Part shown: positions 17,219 to 27,300 of the stretch, in pieces
How positions within the stretch are numbered: position 1 is the stretch's first letter
How the letters are laid out: each line of letters opens with the position of its first letter
NCBI GenBank assembly: GCA_041687695.1
Contig: JAWLBL010000019.1
Span: forward strand, 32,001-96,000
From: Myxococcota bacterium
GTDB lineage: Bacteria > Myxococcota_A > UBA9042 > PHBI01 > JAWLBL01
Direction: 5' to 3'
DNA length: 64,000 nucleotides
The notes under the pieces: generated by a model
Told to the model about the DNA's origin: nothing
The model's database searches: none
What the model saw: the letters and a program-made list of their open reading frames with translations, nothing else
Program-made: the position numbers and the translations under genes

Positions 17219-18612
17219 CGCGCGCCCCTCACGTGCTCGTGGCCGCCCTGATGGCAGGGCTGGCGCTGGCGGCTTGCTTCGAAGGCGGTCCGCTGGGGGC
17301 GGGCGCCCCCGATGGCCTCGACGAGGTCGCCGACACGGCCGGGCCGGCCGACGTGGTGGACCCGATGCCCGACGTGGTCACGGTGCCGGACACGAGCAAG
17401 GAGCCGGATCCGGGGACGCCGGACGCGGCGCCCGAGCTGCCCGAGGGGCCGCCGTGCTTGAGCGACTTCGACTGCCAGGCGGTCGAGGTGGCGAACCTGT
17501 GCCTGGGGCCGGTCAAGTGCGTCGACTACGTGTGCCGGCAGGACGGCAGCGCGCCGGTGACGTGCGAGGCGCCCGACGACGCGTGCCTCGAGGCGGTGTG
17601 CGATCCGGAGACGGGCGGGTGCGTCGAGGAGCCGGTGTGCGTGTGCAAGCCGCTGGCGGCGACGCTGAAGTGCGGGCAGCTGGTCAAGCTGTCGACGGCC
17701 GACGCCGGGGCGACGGCGTCGATGACGGGGTACGCCTGCGGGCCCGAGTCCAAGCAGACCGGCGAGCACACGTGGCTGTTCGAGGCCAAGGCCGACGGGC
17801 CGGTGAAGGTCACGGCCAAGGCCAGCAAGCTCAGCGGCATCTATGTCCTGGGGTGGGACGGGGAGAACTGCCAGCGTGACGAGTGCGTCGGGGGCGGGGA
17901 GGGCGCGGTGGCGTTCGCGGCCCAGGCCGGCAAGACGTATGCCGTCGTGGTCGAGCACCCGGTGGGCGCGCCGGTGGCGCTGCAGGTGCAGCTGCAGTGC
18001 AACATCGGTTACGAGCTGGACTGCACCGACGGCGTCGACGACGACGGCGACGGGCTGACCGACTGTGACGACGTGGACGACTGCGGCGGGCTGTCGGGGT
18101 GCGCGCCGCCGTTCGAGTCCGTGTGCGACGACGAGATCGACGACGACGGGGACGGGCTGACCGACTGCGCCGACGACGACTGCGACGCGTCGCCGGACTG
18201 CAAGCAGACCTGCAAGGTCTGGTCGACGCCCATGTTCACCTGCAGCCTCAAGACCTACGCGTGGGCGGTCAAGAGCGACTCCTTGGCGACCGCGACCGAC
18301 TACGCGTGCCCGAGCGGCCCGACGGTGGCCGCCGGCCGGGAAGAGGGCTTCACGTTCAAGGACGGCATGGCGGCTCCGGGGACGCTGGTCAACGTGCAGC
18401 TGACCGGGGCGGGCCCATTGTCGCTGTACGTCCTGAAGAACCAGGCTGGCGGGACCGGCGAGTGCAACCCCAAGCACTGCGCCGCCGGCGGGACCAAGTC
18501 GGCGAACTTCGTCTACAACCCGGGCGAGACCTACTACTTCGTCGTCGAGGCGGCCAGCGGGCTGGCGCTGCCGGCGGACTACACGCTCAACTGGAGCTGC
18601 CTGGAGCCCTGA
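17206..18612 (+). CDS. Cys-rich surface lipoprotein with Ca-binding-like DxDGDG repeats and two beta-sandwich-like domains
   Basis: GTG after GGAGG, overlapping the HEXXH gene; lipobox LAAC; two CxDxxDDDGDGLTDCxD units; GKTYAVVVE and GETYYFVVE strands. Confidence 0.75.
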   Translation: MDALTRAPHVLVAALMAGLALAACFEGGPLGAGAPDGLDEVADTAGPADVVDPMPDVVTVPDTSKEPDPGTPDAAPELPEGPPCLSDFDCQAVEVANLCLGPVKCVDYVCRQDGSAPVTCEAPDDACLEAVCDPETGGCVEEPVCVCKPLAATLKCGQLVKLSTADAGATASMTGYACGPESKQTGEHTWLFEAKADGPVKVTAKASKLSGIYVLGWDGENCQRDECVGGGEGAVAFAAQAGKTYAVVVEHPVGAPVALQVQLQCNIGYELDCTDGVDDDGDGLTDCDDVDDCGGLSGCAPPFESVCDDEIDDDGDGLTDCADDDCDASPDCKQTCKVWSTPMFTCSLKTYAWAVKSDSLATATDYACPSGPTVAAGREEGFTFKDGMAAPGTLVNVQLTGAGPLSLYVLKNQAGGTGECNPKHCAAGGTKSANFVYNPGETYYFVVEAASGLALPADYTLNWSCLEP

Positions 18613-18624
18613 CGGGCGCGCCGC

Positions 18625-20142
18625 TCACTCCTTGGGAACGCACACGCCGCCGCTGCAGTCGTCGGTGCACCACCACTCGCCGGTCTCGCTGTCGCAGCCG
18701 CAGGTCGATGGCGCGCAGCCCTGCTCGGTGTCACACCAGCTGCCCTCGGGGCACCCCTTGTCGACGCACCCGGACGGGTCGTGGGCGGGGTCGCACAGGT
18801 TGGTCTCGGGGTCCGGGACGCAAACGCCGCCGCCACAGTCGGTCAAGCACGTCCACCCGCCGGTGCTTGCGTCGCAGCCACAGGACGACGGCGCGCAGCC
18901 CTGCGTCGTGTCGCACAGGTAGCCCTTCTTGCAGCCGGTCTGCAGGCACCCGGCCGGGTTCATCGACGGGTCGCAGGCGCTGGCCGTGTCCGGGACGCAC
19001 ACGCCGCCGCCGCAGTCCTTGTTGCACATCCAGGCGCCGGACTCGGCGTCGCAGCTGCACTGCGACGGCGCGCAGCCGGCTTCAGTGTCGCAGGTCTCGC
19101 CCTTGGCGCAGCCGGTGACCTTACACCCGACCGGGTTCGGCCCTTCGCAGGCGCCGCCGCCCTCGGGGACGCACACACCGCCGCCACAGTCCTCGGTGCA
19201 GATCCAGGCGCCGGCCTCGGCGTCGCAGCTGCACTGCGACGGCGCACACCCGGCCTCGGTGTCGCAGGTCTCGCCCTTGGCGCAGCCGGTGACCTTGCAC
19301 CCGACCGGGCTCGGCCCTTCGCAGGCGCCGCCGCCCTCGGGGACGCACACGCCGCCGCCGCAGTCCTTGTTGCACAGCCAGGCGCCGGACTCGGCGTCGC
19401 AGCTGCACTGCGACGGCGCGCAGCCGGCCGCCGTGTCGCACACGTAGCCGTCGTCGCAGCCGGTGACCTTGCAGCCCACCGGGTTGGGAGCGTCGCAGCC
19501 AGAGCCCGTGTCGGGGACGCAGACCCCGCCGCTGCAGTCGGGCGTGCAGACCCAGGTGCCCGTCGCCTCGTCGCACAGGCACCCGCTCGACAGGCAGCTG
19601 GACACGGGCTCGCACACCCAGCCCGCCTCGCAGCCACCCGGCGAGCAGCCCTGCGGGTTCGGCCCCTCGCACGCGACCGGCTGCTCCTCGGGCACGCAGG
19701 TGCCGCCGCCGCAGTCCTCGGTGCAGATCCAGCCGCCCGTGTCTTCGTCGCAGGTGCACTGCGACGGCAGACACCCCAGCAGCTCGCAGGCCTGGCCCTC
19801 GGGGCAGCCGGTGTGCTTGCAGCCCGCGGGGTTCGGGCCTTCGCAGCCGATCGGGCCGGCGTCCGCCTGGGTCGCGTCGTCCGTCGTCGCGTCGGCCGTC
19901 GTCGCGTCGGCCTCGTCGACGTCGTCGGAGGGCGAGGTCTCGGGGATCGAGCCGTCGGGCCCGTCCGCGTCGGCCTGCACGTCCGGCCCGGCCGCGTCCG
20001 ACGCGACGTCCAGCTGCGCCTTCGCGTCCTCGGCCGACACCGCCGGATCCCCTTCGCAGCCCGTCGCGCCGGCCGCCAGCACCAGCGCCAGCGCCACCAT
20101 CACGACTCCGCACCGTCCGGTCACGCCTCGGATCCCACGCAT
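18625..20142 (-). CDS. Cys-rich repeat lipoprotein (7 x ~58 aa, 10 Cys per unit)
   Basis: Signal peptide ending ATGC; acidic linker; repeats such as CEGPNPVGCKVTGCAKGETCDTEAGCAPSQCSCDAESGAWMCNKDCGGGVCVP. Confidence 0.85.
   Translation of the reverse strand: MRGIRGVTGRCGVVMVALALVLAAGATGCEGDPAVSAEDAKAQLDVASDAAGPDVQADADGPDGSIPETSPSDDVDEADATTADATTDDATQADAGPIGCEGPNPAGCKHTGCPEGQACELLGCLPSQCTCDEDTGGWICTEDCGGGTCVPEEQPVACEGPNPQGCSPGGCEAGWVCEPVSSCLSSGCLCDEATGTWVCTPDCSGGVCVPDTGSGCDAPNPVGCKVTGCDDGYVCDTAAGCAPSQCSCDAESGAWLCNKDCGGGVCVPEGGGACEGPSPVGCKVTGCAKGETCDTEAGCAPSQCSCDAEAGAWICTEDCGGGVCVPEGGGACEGPNPVGCKVTGCAKGETCDTEAGCAPSQCSCDAESGAWMCNKDCGGGVCVPDTASACDPSMNPAGCLQTGCKKGYLCDTTQGCAPSSCGCDASTGGWTCLTDCGGGVCVPDPETNLCDPAHDPSGCVDKGCPEGSWCDTEQGCAPSTCGCDSETGEWWCTDDCSGGVCVPKE
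18628..19845 (-). repeat. Coding tandem repeat, ~174-bp unit, 7 copies
   Basis: Sequence GCAGGCGCCGCCGCCCTCGGGGACGCACAC recurs at 19147 and 19321; central copies are near-identical. Confidence 0.9.
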
Positions 20143-20274
20143 CGTCCTCTCCTCGCGTCGATGCCGCCCTCCTTAGCAAAACGGCCCGCTCGCCGATAGG
20201 GCCGGCGCCCCGAACGCGCCTCACCTCCTGGCGCGGCCTTGCATCTCGCCGGGTTCTCCGCTTGGGTGGACCGC

Positions 20275-21096
20275 ATGCACCCCGTCGCCGCGCTCGCCGC
20301 GCTCGCCGCCCTGTGGCCGATCTCCAACCCGCCGCCGGCCGATCCGCCCCCGGCCCCCGCGCCGGCGGCCGACCCCGTCCCGCCGGGGCTGCGCTGCCTG
20401 GTCGCGGCCTACCCGGACCACCTGTGCGGCGCGACGCCCACCGAGCTGGTCTGGTGCGACGGCACCCGCATGGCGTGGGACGATGGCCGCGACAAGGCCG
20501 ACCACGCGGCCCGCCTCGCCGACGCCGACCTCGAGGAGCAGCTCTCGCAGCCCTATACCCGAGGCGTCTGGACACCCCCGCCGGCCGTCGACGCCGACCC
20601 CGGGCGCCTGCGCCACGAGCCGTTCTTCCACAAGATGTACGGCGCCACGGCCGCGCAGGTGCGACGCCAGACGGCCCCCGTCCGCTGGCTCGACGGCGCC
20701 GCGGTCCGCGTGACGACCGTCAACCGGGTGCACGAGCGCCTGCAGGCCGTCTCGGACGAGCTCGCTGGCCTCCCCGCGGCGCTGCGGCAGAAGGTCGCCA
20801 AGACCGCCGGCACCTTCAACTGGCGCCGCATCCACGGCACGGCGCGGCTGAGCACCCACGCCTTCGCCATCGCCATCGACGTCGGCGTGCCGCTGTCGGA
20901 CTACTGGCGCTGGGTGAAGCCGGACGCCGAGGGCCGGCTGCCCTACCGCAACCGCATCCCCGACGAGGTCGTGGCCGTGTTCGAGCGCCACGGTTTCATC
21001 TGGGGCGGCAAGTGGTACCACTTCGACACGATGCACTTCGAGTACCGGCCGGAGCTGCTCGGCTGCACGCCCCCCAGCCTGCCGCCGCGTCCCTGA
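20275..21096 (+). CDS. M15 family metallopeptidase (D-Ala-D-Ala carboxypeptidase / L,D-endopeptidase-like)
   Basis: GTFNWR, STHAFAIAID (SxHxxxxAxD), FIWGGKWYHFDTMHFEYRPE; signal-like N-terminus. Confidence 0.88.
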   Translation: MHPVAALAALAALWPISNPPPADPPPAPAPAADPVPPGLRCLVAAYPDHLCGATPTELVWCDGTRMAWDDGRDKADHAARLADADLEEQLSQPYTRGVWTPPPAVDADPGRLRHEPFFHKMYGATAAQVRRQTAPVRWLDGAAVRVTTVNRVHERLQAVSDELAGLPAALRQKVAKTAGTFNWRRIHGTARLSTHAFAIAIDVGVPLSDYWRWVKPDAEGRLPYRNRIPDEVVAVFERHGFIWGGKWYHFDTMHFEYRPELLGCTPPSLPPRP

Positions 21097-21134
21097 GCGC
21101 GGCGCGGCGCGGCCGCCGGCGCCGACCGGGGCTG

Positions 21135-21165
21135 GTTGCATCGCCAGTTACACGTAGGTTACAGT
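21135..21165 (+). promoter_or_regulatory. Putative promoter (TTGCAT-N18-TACAGT) overlapped by GTT(A/G)CA direct repeats
   Basis: GTTGCA at 21135, GTTACA at 21147 and 21158 (12- and 11-bp spacing), upstream of the regulator gene. Confidence 0.5.
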
Positions 21166-21196
21166 CCCCACGGAATCGGTTACCGGGGGGGCACGG

Positions 21197-24100
21197 ATGC
21201 AGGCGATCCTGGAGCAGGCCCAGGTGTTGCCGCGAAGACACATCGCGGCGCGGATCGATCCGCCGGAAGGAGGCGGGGCGCTGGTGACCACGATGGTGGC
21301 GCCGGCGGGTTACGGCAAGACGACGCTGCTCCGCTCGCTGGCGGCGCGCAACGGCGGGCTCCCGAGCGCGCTGTTCATCGCGCTGGGGCAGTGCGAGAAC
21401 CACGTCGGGCTGTTCCTCGACGCGCTCATCGCCGCCCTGCAGGAGACGCTGCCCAGGGCCGACGCCCGCTCGCTGCTGGCGTTCAAGAAGACCGTCCCGG
21501 CCGAGGAGTACGGGCTGCGGCTGCCCTACGTGCTGTCGCGCGTGGTGGAGCGCGCGGTCGACGGCGCGGGCTCCGACAACCTCGTGCTGTTGCTCGACGA
21601 CGTGCAGCTGCTGCGCCCCGGCGAGCCGCTGGCCGAGCTGCTTGCGGCGCTGCTGCGCGAGCCGTCGCTGCCCATCCGCTACGTGCTGGCGTCGCGCCAG
21701 AGCATCCCCTTCGACCTCAGCGTGCACCGCCAGGCGGGCACGCTGGTCGAGCTGACCAGCCAGGAGCTCGAGTTCACGCCGGGCGAGGTCCAGGAGCTGC
21801 TGGCCGCGCACGTGGGGCGCGACATCTCGCCGGCCATCGCCGAGCGCGTCTGGGCGCGGACCCACGGCTGGGCGGGCGGCCTCGGGCTGCTGCTGATGCT
21901 GGCGCGTGACACGTCGCCGGAGGAGCTGGCGCAGTTTCTGGACGGGCTGTCGGGCAGCGAGGGCCCGCTCGTCGACTTCGTCGTGCAGCGGCTGCTTCAA
22001 GAGCAGCGGCCCCAGGTCCAGTACTTCATGAAGGTCGTGTCCGTCCTCGAGCGCGTCGACCACGAGGTCGTGACGGCGCTGTTCGCGTCGCAGACGCAGG
22101 GGCACCGCGGCTCGGTGGAGGGGCGCCGGGCCTTCATCCAGCTGCCCGAGCGCGAGCTGGCGACCTACCTGAGGATGCTCGAGGAGTCGCAGATCCTGGT
22201 CCAGTCGGCCGGGCACCCGCAGCAGCTGCGGTTCAACCCGCTGGTCGGCGCCGCCCTGCGCGGCGTGCTCGCCCGTGAGGACGTCGTCGTCTATCGCGAG
22301 GCGCATCGACGGGCCGCGCAGTGGCACCTGGACAAGGGCGGCGAGATCGGCCCCGCGGCGCTCGACCACCTGGTCGAGGCCGAGGACTACGAACGGCTGA
22401 TGGAGGTGCTCGAGCACGAGGCCGAGCGCTTCTTCACGGCCGGCTACCACCGGCACCTGTCCCAGTGGCTCATCAAGCTCGAGGCGCGCTACGCGACGCT
22501 GCCGCTGTGGGCCAGCTACTACCTGGGCCGCGTCTACTCGATGCTGGGCGAGTGGGACAAGGCGCGCGGCTATCTGGACCGCTGCAAGCGCGCCCTGAGC
22601 GAGCGCGAGCGCGAGGGAGACCTGTGGCGCTGGCACCCGCGGCTGTGTCTCGGCTACGCGAGCATGTACTGGCGCCGCGGCATGCAGAACGACGCCAGCA
22701 CCTACTGCCGCCGCGGCCTGGACTACCTCCGGCAGCTCGAGCGGCGCGGCGCCATCGCCGACGAGCAGCGGGTCGAGACGGTGGGCCTGCAGCTGGCGCT
22801 GCTGAACCTGCTGGGGACGCTCAAGCTCGAGGCGGGCGCCTACGACAAGGCGGCCGAGGTCTTCAGCGAGTCGCTGGCGCTGGCGCGCGAGGCGGGGCTG
22901 TCGGTCGAGGCGGCCACGGCCCTGAAGAACCTGGGCGTCATCGCCACGCGGCGCGGCGACGTCGCGGCTGGCACGCGCCACTACGAAGAGGCGATGGGAC
23001 GCATCCAGCGCGACCAGGACGTCGAGCTGTACGGCATGCTGGCGTTCCAGCTGGGCTTCAACCATCTGATCCTGGGCCGCTACGACGAGGCGCGGCAGCT
23101 GCTCGAGGAGGCGCTGGCCATCCGCCTCGACACGGGGCACCCGGGCAGCATCACGCAGACCCTGACCGCCCTCGGGCAGCTGCACGCCGCGGCCGGGCAG
23201 CCGGAGCTGGCCGATCGCGCCTATCGCCGCGCCGTGCGCATGCTCGAGTCGGTCGGCAATCTGAAGATGCGCGCCGAGACCCTGGACCGCTACGCGGCCT
23301 TCCTGGCCAGCGCCGGCAAGATCCACGAGTCCCAGTCCATGTACGACCGCGCCGAGGGACTCATCGGCGGGTTGCTGCGGTCGGACGCGTCGCTGGTGGC
23401 GCTGCATCGCGAGAGCGCGATGGAGCTGATGCTGGCCCGCGGTCGCCCCGAGGACGCGCTCGCGAACCTGAGCGGGGCCATCGAACGCTACGAGAAGCTG
23501 GGCGAGCGCTACCACGTCTCGCGGCTGTACTGGCGCGCGGCGGGCATCCACCATCGCCTGTTCCTCGAGGAGCGGCGCGGCACCCCGGAGTCGGTCGTGT
23601 CGTACCTGGAGCTGGCCTGCGCCGAGGCCAACCGCCAGGGCTGGTGCTTCGGCCTCGAGCGGCGCTTCCGCGAGCTCATCCTGGTCGGCCGCGCCCTGGG
23701 GCACCCGGAGGCCATGCGCTACTGCCAGCGCATGCTCGAGCGCATCGACGCGGAGGCCGCGCAAGACGACCCCATCGCCTGTCTGCCGGACGCCGCGGCC
23801 CAGCGCTACAACCGCTTCCAGCAGCGCTTCGAGCGCGACGACGAGTACGTCGTCACGACCCGTGACGGGCGCTCCGGCGCGAGCGACAAGCGTCTGGACG
23901 AGATCCTGACCGGGCGCGGCGCCCACTCGCTCATCGTGCTGGCCGACCGACAGGAGATGGTCAACTACGGTCAGGCCGTCGCGCTGGGCCAAAAGCGCGT
24001 CATCCTGCCGCTGCTCGTCCACTTCCTGACCCACCCGGACCGCACGTTCACGATGAACGAGCTGGCGACGGAGGTGTGGGGGGTCGAGGACGAGTCGGAG

Positions 24101-24274
24101 ACGCTCAAGACCAAGGTGAAGGTCGCGATCTCGCGGCTGCGGACGCTGCTCGGCAAGGGGCGCGAGTACGTGCAGACCGGGCGGCGGCAGGACGGCGAGC
24201 GGGGTTCCCTGGTCACCTACGGCCTCGCCCCCAACGTCGAGTACTACCTGTTCGAGCCGGCGCGCCGCGAATAG
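21197..24274 (+). CDS. MalT-like STAND NTPase / TPR transcriptional regulator with C-terminal OmpR/PhoB-type winged helix
   Basis: Walker A APAGYGKTT, Walker B LLLDDVQ, RTHGWAGGL; TPR block; C-terminal LLVHFLTHPDRTFTMNELATEVWG...VKVAISRLRTLLG. Confidence 0.85.
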   Translation: MQAILEQAQVLPRRHIAARIDPPEGGGALVTTMVAPAGYGKTTLLRSLAARNGGLPSALFIALGQCENHVGLFLDALIAALQETLPRADARSLLAFKKTVPAEEYGLRLPYVLSRVVERAVDGAGSDNLVLLLDDVQLLRPGEPLAELLAALLREPSLPIRYVLASRQSIPFDLSVHRQAGTLVELTSQELEFTPGEVQELLAAHVGRDISPAIAERVWARTHGWAGGLGLLLMLARDTSPEELAQFLDGLSGSEGPLVDFVVQRLLQEQRPQVQYFMKVVSVLERVDHEVVTALFASQTQGHRGSVEGRRAFIQLPERELATYLRMLEESQILVQSAGHPQQLRFNPLVGAALRGVLAREDVVVYREAHRRAAQWHLDKGGEIGPAALDHLVEAEDYERLMEVLEHEAERFFTAGYHRHLSQWLIKLEARYATLPLWASYYLGRVYSMLGEWDKARGYLDRCKRALSEREREGDLWRWHPRLCLGYASMYWRRGMQNDASTYCRRGLDYLRQLERRGAIADEQRVETVGLQLALLNLLGTLKLEAGAYDKAAEVFSESLALAREAGLSVEAATALKNLGVIATRRGDVAAGTRHYEEAMGRIQRDQDVELYGMLAFQLGFNHLILGRYDEARQLLEEALAIRLDTGHPGSITQTLTALGQLHAAAGQPELADRAYRRAVRMLESVGNLKMRAETLDRYAAFLASAGKIHESQSMYDRAEGLIGGLLRSDASLVALHRESAMELMLARGRPEDALANLSGAIERYEKLGERYHVSRLYWRAAGIHHRLFLEERRGTPESVVSYLELACAEANRQGWCFGLERRFRELILVGRALGHPEAMRYCQRMLERIDAEAAQDDPIACLPDAAAQRYNRFQQRFERDDEYVVTTRDGRSGASDKRLDEILTGRGAHSLIVLADRQEMVNYGQAVALGQKRVILPLLVHFLTHPDRTFTMNELATEVWGVEDESETLKTKVKVAISRLRTLLGKGREYVQTGRRQDGERGSLVTYGLAPNVEYYLFEPARRE

Positions 24275-24384
24275 CGCGATCGCCCCGAAACGCCCAGGCG
24301 TCGCGAGGCCGTCGACGCGCGGCTGGTTGTCTCACCGGGCCGGGATCGCTATAAGGGCGGCTTCCTGGGAGAGGGGACGACACG

Positions 24385-27300
24385 ATGCGTGGGACAATGG
24401 CGCGTTGGGCATGGGCCTTGGCGGCGGCTGGCTTGATCTTCGCCGGCTGCTCGGACGACGCGACGTCGGGCGGCGGCGGCAAGGTCGACTTCGACGCCGG
24501 CCCGGACGGCGGCGGCTTACCGACCAAGGACGCGGCGCTCGACAGCGGCTCCGACGCTCCGGGCGGCGGTGACGCGGCGACCACGGACCCCGAGCTGCCC
24601 GAGTGGTTCGGCCAGCCGTGCGACGAGAACGCGGACTGCGAGGGCGGCTGGTGCGTGCAGGGCCAGAGCGGCTACGTGTGCACCAAGACCTGCACCGAGA
24701 GCTGCCCGGACGGCTACCTATGCAAGGGCGTGACGTCGCTCGGACCCGACGTCGTGTTCGTGTGCCTGCCGGACGTCCAGCGGCTGTGCGAGTCGTGCGT
24801 GGACGACCAGCAGTGCCCGCTGGGCGGGACCTGCCGGGCGTTCTCCGACGGGCAGTACTGCGTCAGCGTCTGCGACGGGGGCGCCGAGTGTCCGGTCGGC
24901 TATTCGTGCCAGGACGTCGGCCCCGAGCCGGGCGGCGAGGGCGCGCGCATGCGGTGCGTGCCCGACAGCGGCTCGTGCAGCTGCGGGGCGGGCGAGGCCG
25001 GCAAGGTGCGCAGCTGCCAGGTGACGAACGCGGCCGGGACGTGCCTGGGCCTGCAGACGTGCGGCGGGGCCGAGGGGTGGACCGCGTGCTCGGCCCAGAC
25101 GCCCCAGGCCGAGGCCTGCGACGGCGTGGACAACGACTGCGACGGGATCATCGACAACGGGCTGCCGACGGGGCTCGCCTGCGAGAACGTCGTCTCGGGC
25201 GTCGGCACGTGCGCGGGCACGCAGGTCTGCGCGGGTGAGGACGGCTGGGTGTGCAACGCGCCGCAGCCGTCGCAGGAGGTCTGCGACTACAAGGACAACG
25301 ACTGCGACGGGCAGACCGACGAGGGGTTCACCGACGCCAGCGGCAACTACACGAGCGACGCCCACTGCGGGGCGTGCAACGTGTCGTGCGCGGGCGCCGT
25401 CGCCAACGGCAGCGCGCTGTGCTCGACCGCCAAGAGCCCGCCGCAGTGCGTGGTGGCGGCGTGCGACCCGGGCTTCCTCAAGCTGAACGACTATCAGTGC
25501 GTCGCCGGGGTCAGCACCGTCTGCCAGGCCTGCTCGAGCGACGCGAACTGCCTGTTCGAGGGCTCCAAGTGCCTCGCGCTGGCCGACGGCAAGTTCTGCA
25601 CGCAGCCCTGCGGGTCGGTCGACGACTGTCCCGGCGGCTACGACTGCGAGGCCGTCGCCGGGGCGGCGTCCAAGCAGTGCGTCCCCTCGACCGGGTCGTG
25701 CAGCTGCGACGGCACCAACCTGACGCTGCAGCGCGGGTGCTCGAAGACCTTCCAGGGCTCGGCGACCAAGCCGGCCTACACCTGCGCCGGCGTCGAGAAG
25801 TGCACGCCGGGCGGCTGGGCGAGCTGCGAGCTGCCCGCCGACGTCTGCGACGGCCTCGACAACGACTGCGACGGCGTCATCGACAACGGCTACCTGAACC
25901 CGGTCACCGGCAAGTACACGAGCGACGCCCACTGCGGCGTCTGCGGCAACGACTGCGGCAACCTGGCCTTCGCCAACGCGGTCGGCCAGTGCGACACCGC
26001 GCCGGCCGTCCCCGGCTGCGTGATGGCGTGCAAGGCCGGCTTCTTCGACGTCAACGACAACCCCAACGACGGCTGCGAGTGCCAGGTGACGTCGGCGACG
26101 GACTTCCCGGGCGGCGCCGACACCAACTGCGACGGCGTCGACGGCGAGGTCGACAACGGCGTGTTCGTGTCCAAGGCGGGCGACGACGGCGCGCCCGGCA
26201 CGGTCGACATGCCGATGCGCACCATCCAGGCGGCGCTCGGGCGCGCGGCGGCCACGGGCAAGCGGGACGTGTACGTGGCGACGGGTGTGTACGTCGAGTC
26301 GGTGTCGCTGCAGGAGGGCATCGGGCTGTACGGCGGCTACAGCGCCGAGTTCGACCAGCGCGACGCGGCCGTGTACGAGACCGCCATCATCGGGCTGACG
26401 CCGACCGACGCGCTGCGTGGCGCGGTCAACGGCGTCTCGGTGGGGACGGGCGCCAAGAAGACGGTCCTCGACGGGTTCACGGTCTTCGGCGCGAACAACC
26501 CCGAGCCGGGCGGGTCGAGCTACGCCGTGTACCTGCGCAACGTCGGCCCGAACCTGGTGGTTGCCGACAACTACGTGGTCGCTGGCGACGGCGGGCACGG
26601 CGCCAACGGCGACGTGGGGTCCAACGGGGCCAACGGCCAGCCGGGCGCGCCGGGCGTGGCCGCGCAGAACACGTCCGGGACCAGCTGCACCACCAGCCAC
26701 CACGCCGCGGGCGGGGCGGGCGGGGCGCAGACCTGTGGCGGCGTCAGCACGGCGGGCGGCGTCGGCGGAACCCGGGTGTGCCCGAACGTCGCTGGCATCG
26801 CCGAAGCCGACTTCAGCGCGGCGACCCAGACCCCGACGGCCACCGAGCACGGCAAGGCCGGCTCGAACAACGACGCCTCGCAGGGCGCTGGCGGCGAGGC
26901 CGGCTGGCACAACCGCGTCCGCAACTCGTGCGCGACCTGCTCGTCGCCCAGCAAGCACACCACCGACGGCGCCCACGGGACCGCGGGGCGGCCCGGCCAG
27001 GACGGCGTCGGCGCGACGGCCTGCACCAACACCCAGGGCTACATCCTCAACGGCCACTGGAACTCGTACGCCGGCGGCGACGGCAAGGCCGGGACCGCGG
27101 GCGGCGGCGGCGGCGGCGGCGGCGCGGGCGGCGGCGTGGACCTCCCCAGCGGCTGCACGAGCAACAACAAGGCGGTCGGCGGATCGGGCGGCGGCGGCGG
27201 GTCGGGCGCCTGCGGCGCGTCGGGCGGCAAGGGCGGCACCGGCGGCGGGGGCAGCTTCGGCGTCTTCATGACCTTCGCGACGCCCCCGGCGACCCTGCCG

